From Pseudovirgaria hyperparasitica (Eukaryota), in NCBI GenBank assembly GCA_010093815.1, contig ML996583.1: a DNA stretch of 64,000 nt. One strand, given 5' to 3'. This document shows, piece after piece, positions 49,712 through 61,644 of the stretch. Under the pieces are notes generated by a model, which did no database searches, was not told where the DNA came from, and saw only the letters and a program-made list of their open reading frames with translations. Position 1 is the stretch's first letter, and each line of letters starts with the position of its first letter. Made by a program: the position numbers and the translations under genes.

Positions 49712-50002
49712 TATGATACTCTCTTGCGGTCGCTGCAAGGGGAGAGAGATATGATCGTTTTGCGGAGCTGCGGAGGACATGAAGTTAAGCCTACGCACGG
49801 ACGCTTAGTTTTCTCGAACCACAAGCTTCGCGTTGGAGCTTCAAGCCTCAAATGTCCAAAACTCTCTGTCAAAACTCACTTACCACGACAATCACGCTCT
49901 CGATCCATTGAAAGACTTTTTTGAAATAATGTTGAGAATATTATAACAGCCAATACACATCAGCGTCCTTTCGCCAATCGGCGAGTGCTACCGAACATCA
50001 CG

Positions 50003-52612
50003 ATGCGTTCTCAACTCACCCGGCTGGTCTTCCACCGAATCCTGTCAAACCAGCCTATTCCTCACACCTACTGCGCCAATGGAGCCCTACGAACATCGCG
50101 ACGCATCGCACGCAATGGCCGACTGCCATTCCGAAGTCCCTCACGCGCCTTCATCGGGGCACTGTTCAATATGAAGCCGAAAAAACCAGAGAGACATACC
50201 AAGGAGCCAACCTTCGCGCCTGGAGTCAAGCAAATGGCATCACTGTCTCGAGCGCTCCAGGTAGGATCGAGGCCTGCGCCCGACGCAGACTTGACCAAAG
50301 CTTTTGACGAATTCTTCGCCCTGCGCAATCCTAAGCCCAGCATACGGAATTTCGAGATCCTACATGTCACCAGAACGTTCGATTACCTAAAGAGCAGGAA
50401 TTACGAGCCCTTTCGCAAATATATTCATGAAAACGCGTCGCGCATACTCTATTACGCTGCCCAGGAGGATGCCAAGTACACGGATGCATTTATCAATCTC
50501 GGGCGCCGCGTTTATGAATTGGCGACGTCGGTAGAATCTGAGAAGCGGCATACGGCCCACGCGTCAGCGCCCGAGACCACCGAATCTACTGGGGATGGCG
50601 ATTCTGTACCGCCAGAGTCATGTAAAATACCTGATCAAAGATATTCCCTGAGCCTGAAAGCAAACTTCTTCCATCTATTGCTACATTGCGGAGCGTTCGA
50701 AGAAGCCAAGACATTCCTCAAAGATCATAGAGACCATATCGATAGTGCTAGAGGTCGGAGCTGGGCACCCGCTGTCCTTCTCATGGCCCATCTTAGACGT
50801 CACAACATGACTAAGGTTGAGGAGATATGGACCACGTTAAAGCAAGACACCTCCTTGCAGTTTAGCAAGATGCAAATGATTTATATTGCTCGGACATATA
50901 CTGAGATAGGAGACATCACGAAAGCCCTGTCACTTTTTCCAAGTTTTTCGGACTTGGAATTGGATCAACAGAGGATGTCGATTAATGATGATATGAAAAC
51001 GATTCGCCATACCATCGCCGCCATCATTGAGCAGTCTTGGATGACCGGTAAGTTGGACTTGGTAGAAGATCTTGTTCGACGGCATGTCGAGCAACGAGAC
51101 TCCGGACCTGTGATCTTGGGACAAATCCTTGCGTGGGCCGCAGCAAGTGGCAAGAATGTTGAAGAGCTTGAGCGGATGATGCGCATTATGAAAGAACTTC
51201 CGACCGATCAAATGACAGATAGGTCGAGGCTACGGTACAACGCCAGACTTTTGAACGCGCTGCTAGAATATGCTGTTCATCGGAAGGATGCTTACCTTGC
51301 CGAGCGGTACATGGGTTTGGCTGACCGTTTGAAGATTATTCCTAGTGATTTGACATACATCTTACAGGCAACGTGGAGGCTTGATACTGGGGATATAGAA
51401 GGCGCCAAGGAAGCAGTCGAAAAGCTGCGAGTTGTAGATGATACGTCTATGTTTGTCCGAAGCAAGCTGGATCCTCTCCTGAACAGATACTTGGAAGCGC
51501 TCACTAAGCTCCGACCTCAATTAGATGCCCATATCCTTGAGATTACCGAGTGGCTTGCAAGTCATGGTGTACGGTTTGAGCCCGCGACTACAAAGGCTCT
51601 CTGTCTTCACCATCTCCGAAAGGACGAATTCTACGACGTCATCGACCTCCTCCAGACGAACGTCAACCTCTACTCGGTGGAAGAACGAACATCAATATGG
51701 GAATTCCTATCAGCCTATGCTCTGGACAAACAGGCCACCACGAACAAGGCCTGGGACGTATACATGATCCTGCAGCGCATCTTCGAGGAAATGCACCGCG
51801 ACGTCCGCACACAGTACATGGTCCACTTCTACGCGCGCATGCGGCCCGACCTCGCCCTGCACGTCTTCAACCACATGCGCCGCCACCGATACCCAGACTG
51901 CCGCTCCACAATCGACACCTACGTCAAAGCCCTCACCGGCATCGCCGAAACTAAAGACGCAACAGGCCTCCTCCAGGTCTTCAACCAGCTCAAGCTCGAC
52001 GACGAACTCGACCCCAACACCCGCCTCTACAACGCCCTCATGCTCGCCCACGGCCGCTGCGGCAACCCGGACAAGGCCTTCAACATCTGGAACCAGATCG
52101 CCGACTCGCGCGAGGGCCCGAGCTACCAGAGCATCGTCAACATCTTCCGCGTCTGCGAGTACCACCCCGCGGGCGACGAGGTCGCCGCGTCGATCTGGAG
52201 GCGGCTCCGCCGCTACGATATCGAGCTTGACGTGCCTGTCGTCGCTGCCTTTGTGGGCACACTCGCCAGGCATGGCCGCCGCGACCCGGCGTATCGTGTC
52301 ATTCAGTACATTGAAAAGCAGCTGGGTCTGAAGCCTGACGTGTTTCTGTAAGTTGTCCTCCTGCTTTTTTGGCAATTTATATGTATCACTTTTTGGGGAG
52401 AGGGGAGCTAATGTTCGATTTCTTTCTTTTCAATTAGGCTCGCCTCGTTACTTAATAAGACCGTCCAGCCCGACGCGCAGAAGCTGGTCATGACGTGGAT
52501 CGAGAATAACTATTCGGCGCTCTGGGCGGAGATGAAGCCTGGCTTGCGTCAGGATGAGATTGATGGTCTGTTTACGTATCCGGTTGATTTGGATCATAAT
52601 GCTGAGGTTTGA
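50003..52612 (+). CDS. CIA84: mitochondrial PPR-like protein, complex I intermediate-associated protein 84-like; join(50003..52347,52438..52612)
   Basis: Presequence MRSQLTRLVFHRIL and PPR-like repeats (PNTRLYNALMLAHGRCGNPDKAFNIW; SREGPSY). The CIA84 name is from recollection of the family, not from a search. Confidence 0.78.
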
Positions 52613-53325
52613 GCATTTTGTGTTGGGTTGAGGGGGAGGGGGGGCTTGTGGGGGTGTTTGAGAGAGAGAGGACGGGCTTGATGTCTGTGTTGTTTTTGCG
52701 ATGCTGATGTTGTTGTTGTTGCTGCCGTTGTCCCGCATACTCCCTCCCTCCATCACACACATCATATCAAGACCACTTCCCCCCTTCTCCCCGGCGGATG
52801 TCACCAATACTCGCTTCAGAAGTGTGTGCAGTGTGCAGACATCATTTATCTATACACGACATCTTCATAGACGGCAAAAACAACTCGCTAAATTCACTAC
52901 CGACACAGCGTCACATATCACCACGTCCTTGCATCAAGGGTTCGTTGTATATATATAGACACTATACATCTAAATTTAAATGTAAATATACAGAATAGCA
53001 GCAGCTTGAAAAGGTCCCATGTTTTGGTATTTCAGTTGTGTAATTTAGGTATGTAAATACTGATATGTAGAATTGGATATATGTCATGTACATGGCGCAT
53101 TACATCCACGAAATATAAATATAGATAGAATGCAGATGTACAAGCAGAGAGTGTCCATCCTCCATCTGATGCAATGTAGAGATAGCATAGCCTCGCTCAC
53201 TTAATTACTCGCTAATCAACCTGCGTTCGTAATACTAGCTTTGATACCTGGACTGGACTGGATTGGATTGGATTGGACTAGATTTCGTCTGCTTATGTGG
53301 TTATGTACTTTCTTGCTTACGTACT

Positions 53326-53718
53326 TTCTTGCTTACGTACTTTCTTACTTTCTTACTTTCTTACTTTCTTACTTTCTTACTTTCTTACTTTCTTACTTTC
53401 TTACTTTCTTACTTTCTTACTTTCTTGCTTTCTTACCTGGTAGCTTTCTTGCTTACGTCCAAGCTTTCCAGCTTTTACCAAAATCACTAAAGGAGAAGGA
53501 GAAGGAGAAGGAGAAGGAGAAGAAGAAGAAGAAGAAGAAGAAGAAGAAGAAGAAGAAGAAGAAGAAGAAGAAGAAGAAGAAGAAGAAGAAGAAGAAGAAG
53601 AAGAAGAAGAAGANNNNNNNNNNGAAGAAGAAGAAGAAGAAGAAGAAGAAGAAGAAGAAGAAGAAGAAGAAGAAGAAGAAGAAGAAGAAGAAGAAGAAGA
53701 AGAAGAAGAAGAAGAAGA
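53326..53718. repeat. (TTTCTTAC)n 53326-53456, (GGAGAA)n ~53492-53520 and (GAA)n ~53519-53718 containing a 10-N gap at 53614-53623
   Basis: Seen directly; located between the convergent CIA84 and UBC4 genes. Confidence 0.97.
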
Positions 53719-54472
53719 GTATTACGGTCATATCCCACATCTACCAGATCCTCAAACATGAAATAATAATAGAAAAATTTAAAAATGATAAAAAGGGGAG
53801 AAGAGGGAAAGGAGCCAAAAGCCCCCCCCTCAAAAAATGATAGATTTCGTATGTGTCATGGGGATTACGAGACTGAAATCCAGCGTAGCTTATTGATTAT
53901 AACAGGCAGTATACGTATGTCACGCAGGTGGCTGACATGGGTGGGTTGACAGTGCTCGATCGCCCTGATACACAGCGAGCGAAACAGAACACACATGTAG
54001 ATTTCCCCTACGTCAGTCTGGCCTACCCTGACATCACATCTAATGCAAAAACACATCACTCTAGCACGTTTCTATAATCCATGATATGCATTGAATCCTA
54101 TCACTCCCTGAAGGAAATCGTGGTGCAAAAACCAGGGATGTGCATTGTGACCACACTACATGAAAATGAAAGCCCGGGACGTACGGCAGTGTCGTGTGGT
54201 AGTGGAGATCGGCTCTGATCGCGTGATATGATAAGGTAAGCAGCAAAAAAACACCCGTGACGAGTTCCCTCGTGGTGGACAAGAAGAAAAAAGTCAAAGA
54301 ATTGCTCGTGATATGATGTTTTGCGTCCACGGGGCTAATCCTAACCTTCCATCCGTTCTATTTCGAAGTCTCGTTGCCCATGCTCTGCAGTCCATGCTGA
54401 AATAATTCGCTTCGTGATGGCCGCGCTGTGGTACGGCTTTGCCTGGCTCTGTCTCGTCCATCTTGCACACGA

Positions 54473-55311
<839 letters not shown>

Positions 55312-58300
55312 GGCTGATATAGAGCGAAAGTGTGAGTGGTAAAGGTTTACGGGAAGGTTTTCAGTGAGTCTGCGAGTTCGATGGAGGGTTGAAGAAGGCG
55401 AAGCGTATCGGGAGGCTATGTGTAGAAGTGAAGGTTAGCGCCCGTGCTCGAGACTGCCACTGCCGCCGTCCTGAGTGACGTATCAGAGGCACAACTGCTG
55501 CAGCATCTAAAGAGTTTGACGCCGCAACTTACCGATCTGGGGGACGTGGCAGTTATGTGAGGTTGTTGTTTTTTCGTCGTTGTTGTTGCGAGCGAGAGCG
55601 AAAAGTGGCAAGGTAAAGGGCGCAGGGAAAGGCTTTTGTACGTGCACTGTTCGCGAGCCCGAATAATACGTAGGGCAGGGCTGGTGACGGCTTGGGCTGT
55701 AGTGAATGCTATGTTTGCCGCCACAGAAAGACTTCGAAAGTAACCGAAGTCGAGTGCTTACGAGTGTTATTATACAATATCTTTGTCTAGTTCATCTGTG
55801 TTTTATGTGCTATACTCGACACAAAGGTACAAAGACACATACTTGATGGATCCATTTGTCACCAGAGATGCACCGTACCGCACCGCCACCTCTAGGCCGG
55901 GTTCTGAGGGGGACTCTTGACACTCTTGACTTGCGTAAGGCGGTAAGCGAATGCTGGTGCACATGTTGTATTGTGCTTCTGGTGTGTTCTGATGAAGCTT
56001 GCAATTGGGTGGACGCAGGGCAAGATACAGATGGCCTTCTCCATTGTCTGATGATGTTTGCCATAGTCCACGGATGGAACCCCCATGTCGACGAGCAAGT
56101 GAAACTCGTGTAAATATAGGCGATGTGATGTGACAGATTGACAGCTGCTTGCAGCAGCATTATCGTATTGCCGACGCTCTCTTCTCTCTCTCACATCCAA
56201 CTTACGCCTGTGCGCTCATACCACGTTCCCTAGCCGCTCAAGTCTCAAGTGAAAAACATATTATTAGCAGATCGGCCGAACTCGCACTGAACCCCGCCGT
56301 GTTTATGCTCTCAATCATTCCACTCCGTCTCACCAGACAACAGCCCTGGAGAGGTCCGCCAGAGGTCCGCCGACCGCCCAGATGCTCACAGCGCGAATTG
56401 TCCTCTCCGAAAATATGGTCCACTTACCGAGTTTCGGTGCCTTGTGAGTGTGTGTGTCTTGCAGAAAGAGATCAGCCCGCCCTTGTTGTTGTATGCACGG
56501 CGTCAAGCGCTGATTGGCAATAAAGAATCTCGATTAACGGAAAAGAACGCGTTTTGATTGGACTCGCGGCTAAAAGGCTTTGCTCTCTCTCTGCCTCTCT
56601 TTCCGAACGACGATGCCGATCATGCCCGACGGCTGTGAACAGCTCGCGGCCTGAGTTCCCTGCTTTGGCAGGACGGGCCATGGGTTATTGGCGCTAGATG
56701 GTCTATCCAGTCCCCAAGGCCGACGAACAGCTCTGGAACCCGCTGTTTGCGATGCCCTATGACTTCAGCATCGCATCGAAGATCGAGATTGAACGCGTAC
56801 ATCTCTTTCGCATCCGCACTCACACGTCATAGTTGACTGGTGCTGAGCGGCTAGAGTTTTAACATTCGTCTTGTCAATGGCCTAATCAAGAGCACCAACA
56901 GCAGATGCAAATTTGCCTGCTCCTTCGCTCACGCCGCGTGCCGTGCGACACAGGTGCCAGGACACACACACTGGAGACAGAACACTGGACCAAGCATTAC
57001 CGCAGTCGGCGTCTCGCAGCACATGCCGGGCGACAAGGCCGAGACCAGCACAAAAAGAAAGACGAGAGATACCCCACTGCAACACAAATCACAGTTCGTC
57101 GTCGCCTTCTGACAGGCTGTCCTAGCGCGCTGGGGCGGTATGAGGCTGACTTGGGGCTGCATGTGGAGAGTGAGCTGACTGGGAGACGCGTTGACGCGAC
57201 CGTAAACAGTCTTCCCAAAACGCAAAACCTCGTGACATCACGCAGGGATTCCCCTCTTTGCCGGCTCCCAGCCCCCACCTGCAAATGCTTCCATCACCGT
57301 CGCCAGCCTCGACCGTTTCAAAGCCCAGCTCGTCCAATTCCATCTCAAACACCACGACCACTCGCCGTCATCACCTGCCTAGGTGGTAATTACCTGTTCC
57401 AGACTTTGTAGAGATGCAGTGTAGGTGTGACCCCCCTCCTCACGTGCTGACAATTATGCACTTGTAATGCTACTTGTATATATGCTTTGGCCAGTGAGCA
57501 TAGCACTACAGAATCGTCGCCTGCGGATGAGGCACAGCCCCACATGGATCACGAAGCCTGTTGCTGGTGGAAACGCTGCACGCCTGCGACGCAACCGGCG
57601 GCCATACGGCGTACCTATCCTTCAAAACCTTGCCCTTGCGTGCGTGAGCTGACGGAGTCCTCACCATGTTCATGATTCAGAGCCCGGACACGCTCTTCGG
57701 ATATCGCTACTCCATCCACCTGCTGGCGAGGGATGTCAGACATGCAGGGACCGGTGTTTCGGACGCATAGTGAGTGACCTATGTCAGTGCTTCAACTGAA
57801 AAAGCTTGGCTCAGTCCGTTCAACATGCTCAAAGCTCAGTTCATGAAGCGAATTATGAAGATGATGATGAAAGGACATGTAGCTAGCCGTTTGTGGTTAT
57901 CGGACCTGCGTTAGGTAGAATATTTGTCGAGCCACAACTGTCAGACAATGTTCACGCCTATATTCCTAATTAGGACTTGTATAAACCATAAGACCAGCTT
58001 CCCTCCCTATGTATAGTAAGTAAGTACATGGACCGTCCAGGGAACATGCGACTCTCATTCTTATCTGGCCTCCAATGCAGCAGAAAGCACGTGCGCCTAC
58101 GAATATGTCATCGTACGATGCTCTGACACTGACTTGAACCCTGCTTAGACTCACTCTTTCACTAACGAACAAACAAAAGATGCATACGAACAAGGTAAGC
58201 GGGTCTCGGAAGTCACAGACATTATTTTCTGCAAATTGCAAACACTACACTGTTCAAACTTACACAGCAGCCAGCAACAAAAGCAGGTTTCTTTTGATGC

Positions 58301-58806
58301 GTAATCATACTATGTTCAATCAACCACACGTCATCACTATAGATCGCGATCCAGAAGATGAGCCTGAAATTTCTTTACAAGCCAAGCATCGACGATACAA
58401 AGATCTCATCGCAGCCGAAGCAGCCCATCCTCAAGGATCCCTATTCTACCACCAAGAACTTTCCGGTGTTTGTTTACATGGCCCAATTCCAGCATATTGT
58501 ACGGAGAACAAATATTCATAAAAAAAAGGTTGCCCCATTGGCGGCCGGCGAAAACGCCGAATCCCCACACATCAAACGAAGTCTTATGTAACATTCCACA
58601 AATAATTCCCTCGCCTCATGAGTCCTACTATTGCATTCAATACGGGCATATACTGACGCTTAAAAACTACGACATTTGCTCCGTAGCATTCTCCGACTTG
58701 CGTCTGTAGTGTATGGACCGTGAAATGCCCGCCCGAAAACACAAATTTCTCCTTTGGGAACAGCGCGCTAGGTAGGCTTCGGTTCCACGTGAGAGCGTGT
58801 GGCGTG

Positions 58807-58812
58807 ACGCGT
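58807..58812. promoter_or_regulatory. MCB element ACGCGT upstream of the BRCT gene
   Basis: Perfect MluI box ~260 bp upstream of ATG 59069, with further CGCG cores at ~58764 and ~58828. Confidence 0.45.
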
Positions 58813-59068
58813 TCTAAGACCTGGCTGCGCGATCGACGCCACGATGTTGATCAAAGATTGCGACATCGCCCGCTCAAAACAGCCCTACACGGCCATTCTA
58901 TTCTCCATTTTTGTAATTGTTTACCACTCAACACTGCGATGATATCATGAACCTTGCCAATACAGTCTTGCCGTCTACTTGCCTCTAAGTCCCACCCCAA
59001 AACAACGTTTGTTGACAATCGAGCCATAGGCCGGCCAAACACAATAAATTAGCAGAGAAGGAAAAACA

Positions 59069-59992
59069 ATGCCCTCCAATCCCTCGAGACCATCCCACAA
59101 CCCCACCACAAAAGCCGCCCAGCCCACTCGTAGATTCTTCGACCCCTGGAATAGCTCCTCGACCGGCCACCAGCGCGCTGAAAACGTTCTGTCTGGCAGC
59201 ACTTCATGGCGAGACTCGCGGAACCGCAAATTAGCTGAACAGTATCGCGGCGGCTATGGAGGCGGCACTCGCGTAGCAGATAGTGTTGGGGCTGGCAGTC
59301 CTGACTTTGGTAAAGATGGCCGAAAGCCGAATGGCGGCTGGGAGAAGGGTCGCGCCCCACGGGAGCCAGGCCAGAAGGCCATCATGGACGTTGGGCAGTG
59401 GGGATTGAAGGTTGCAAAGGTTGGTGCGCAGTCGAAAGACAAGAGCAAGTCCCTGGACGAAAACGCTAGCTGGGAAAGCCCGTTCGTAGAGAAGAGCCAG
59501 TATTCGGATGCTGGAGACGACATGAGCATACCTCCTCCATCTGCACAGAGTTCAGAGCACACAGACCATCCTGAAAAGCCTGAGGCGTCGACTCAACCAA
59601 AGCCACAGATCTTCACAAACCTAACTTTCTATATTAACGGTAGCACGGGACCATACATATCCGACCATAAGTTAAGATATTTGCTCAGTGAGCACGGCGC
59701 CAGCACCTCTATAGCTCTCGCTCGGCGGCAGGTCACGCATGTCATTCTGGGTACGCCCTCCATACACTCGATGAAATCAGGCGCCGGAGGTGGACTCGCA
59801 AGCTCAAAGATTCAAAAAGAGATTCAACGAGTCAGAGGCAAAGGCGTCAAATACATAAGTGCTGAATGGGTTGTCGAAAGCATCAAAGCTGGTAAGAGGC
59901 TACCAGAGACACGATTCGCTCGTAACGCTGGTGTGGACATTGGAAAGGCGAAGGGACAAGGGAGTGTTTTCGACATGCTTCAACATGGGTGA
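59069..59992 (+). CDS. single-BRCT-domain protein (Rev1-type BRCT), intronless
   Basis: IFTNLTFYINGS..LLSEHGA..VTHVIL..VKYISAEWVVESIKAGKRLPE BRCT pattern; N-terminal FDPWNSSSTGHQ motif. Confidence 0.9.
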   Translation: MPSNPSRPSHNPTTKAAQPTRRFFDPWNSSSTGHQRAENVLSGSTSWRDSRNRKLAEQYRGGYGGGTRVADSVGAGSPDFGKDGRKPNGGWEKGRAPREPGQKAIMDVGQWGLKVAKVGAQSKDKSKSLDENASWESPFVEKSQYSDAGDDMSIPPPSAQSSEHTDHPEKPEASTQPKPQIFTNLTFYINGSTGPYISDHKLRYLLSEHGASTSIALARRQVTHVILGTPSIHSMKSGAGGGLASSKIQKEIQRVRGKGVKYISAEWVVESIKAGKRLPETRFARNAGVDIGKAKGQGSVFDMLQHG

Positions 59993-60119
59993 AGCACTTG
60001 CAAGATCATCACAGCTAGAATTCGGCTGATCACGATAATGAGATTTTGAGCAAGGTATAAAGCTACGGAAACGCTAATTCGCGCTCACACGAGACGGAAG
60101 GAAGATCATCCACGTACGA

Positions 60120-61337
60120 TCAATGAGCCTGTAACCATCCAAGCATTTCAGAGTATGCTTGAGTTTGCGAGCTCTTGATCTTTGCGTCATCGTAGTCACC
60201 AAGTACTGCGAAGCCATGTGGCACGCCTGAGTACAGCTTTACCTCGTGCTCAATCTTGTTGGTTTCCAGCGTCTTGACGCCCTCCTTTCGAATCTCGTCA
60301 GGGAACAATGGGTCGTTCTCGATCGCAACGACATATGTTGGGACTTTCAGCCCTTCGATATCTTCCTGAGTCACAAGAGTGCCTAGATGCTTAGTACCTT
60401 TCCCTGTACGCAGGATTATATAACATACCATGAGCAATAGCACCAGCCTTGAGCACAGGCGGCTGCTTCATGTTTCCTTGCTCCTCGTCGGCCTTGGCTG
60501 CGCCAGTATCCGCAACCTCTGCGCCTAGCAACAGGATATATTTGGCACCAAAGCAGTATCCCACACCGTATATTCCGTTGCCATTCGCGACTGCGTCCGC
60601 GAATTCCTCTTTTGCAGCACCTACGACCTTGTGAAGAATTGGGAGTACCTTCTCTGGAGTATGTCTTGCCAGCCACATGTCAATCAAGAATGCTTTTGCG
60701 CCCTCTGCGAACCCAAGTTTTACTTGTTCAAGGAATGATGGGTTGGATTCGGCGGGAATCTCTGTAGATGAGTTGGGTGCTGGGTCGCCGCCGAACTGGT
60801 CAGGCATGATAACGAGGAAGCCTTCGGACGCATATTTGTCGGCCTGGAGCTGGTTGTTTGTGGATTTGATGCCAGTTCCTCCAGTAAGCATCAACAAGAG
60901 CTTAGAGGGCGAATGTGGATAATCGCTCGGCTTGGCTATATAGACCTACGAATTGAGCACGTCAGTCTCTTCTCATGACAAGTCCGAGACACTCACATCT
61001 ACGTCTCCGAGCTTTGAGAACTCCTAGGAAAGCCATGAGCATGTATGTACGTTTCGTCACATCAAGGGTGGGTACAAACGCCAGTGGGGGCCTCTCCGGC
61101 AGCTGAGTCTGTCAGCTGCTACACCAGATTATTGGGCATATGTGAAGACGTACGAGTTGGTCGGTCCATCGTGCAATGCTCCTGTATATTGCATTAGAAC
61201 CGTGGTCGCATTAGTCTCTTCCATGGGGCGCTTACACCCATACTTGGACCCTCTTGAGCTGGGGTGTCTCCAGGGAAGACACTTCCCTCAGCAGCATCAC
61301 TCTCCGGTGCCTTCGTCGCTATATCGTCTTCTGCCAT
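60120..61337 (-). CDS. dienelactone hydrolase family protein; complement(join(60120..60382,60429..60945,60997..61023,61080..61102,61154..61181,61236..61337))
   Basis: Nucleophile GVGYCFG, NDPLF Asp, HGFAV His and ADKYASEGFLVIMPDQF. The five introns are frame-consistent. Confidence 0.9.
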
Positions 61338-61475
61338 GGTATCGATTATTTATGGGATTTGAAACTGTGTCTGTGATTCTGTGATGTCAGATCCATACGT
61401 CTTGTTGCCGCTCGGGCTCGCCGTAGTGGGATGCGCCTCTACGGCAGGCCATTATGACATCTTTTGCAAGAGCCC

Positions 61476-61535
61476 CGCGATCTCGCGTGTACCTTGCCTA
61501 GCGCGACCTTAATTGAATGACGCGACTGAACGCGT
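61476..61535. promoter_or_regulatory. MCB/CGCG cluster in the RFA1 promoter
   Basis: ACGCGT at 61530-61535, ACGCGA at 61520-61525, TCGCGT at ~61483 and two more CGCG cores within 60 bp. RFA1 is a classic MBF target. Confidence 0.7.
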
Positions 61536-61644
61536 TATCCGCCCGCCGCCACTTCGCAAACTTGAAAATAAACCAGACGACTTGACTGTCTTCAACTAAC
61601 CAGGTCAGATACGAAGTATAGCTGCAAGAGGAGACTGGTAAAAG

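Noticed and set aside
53241..53840. poly-Lys/Phe/Leu ORFs
   Set aside because: Translations of microsatellites spanning an N gap.
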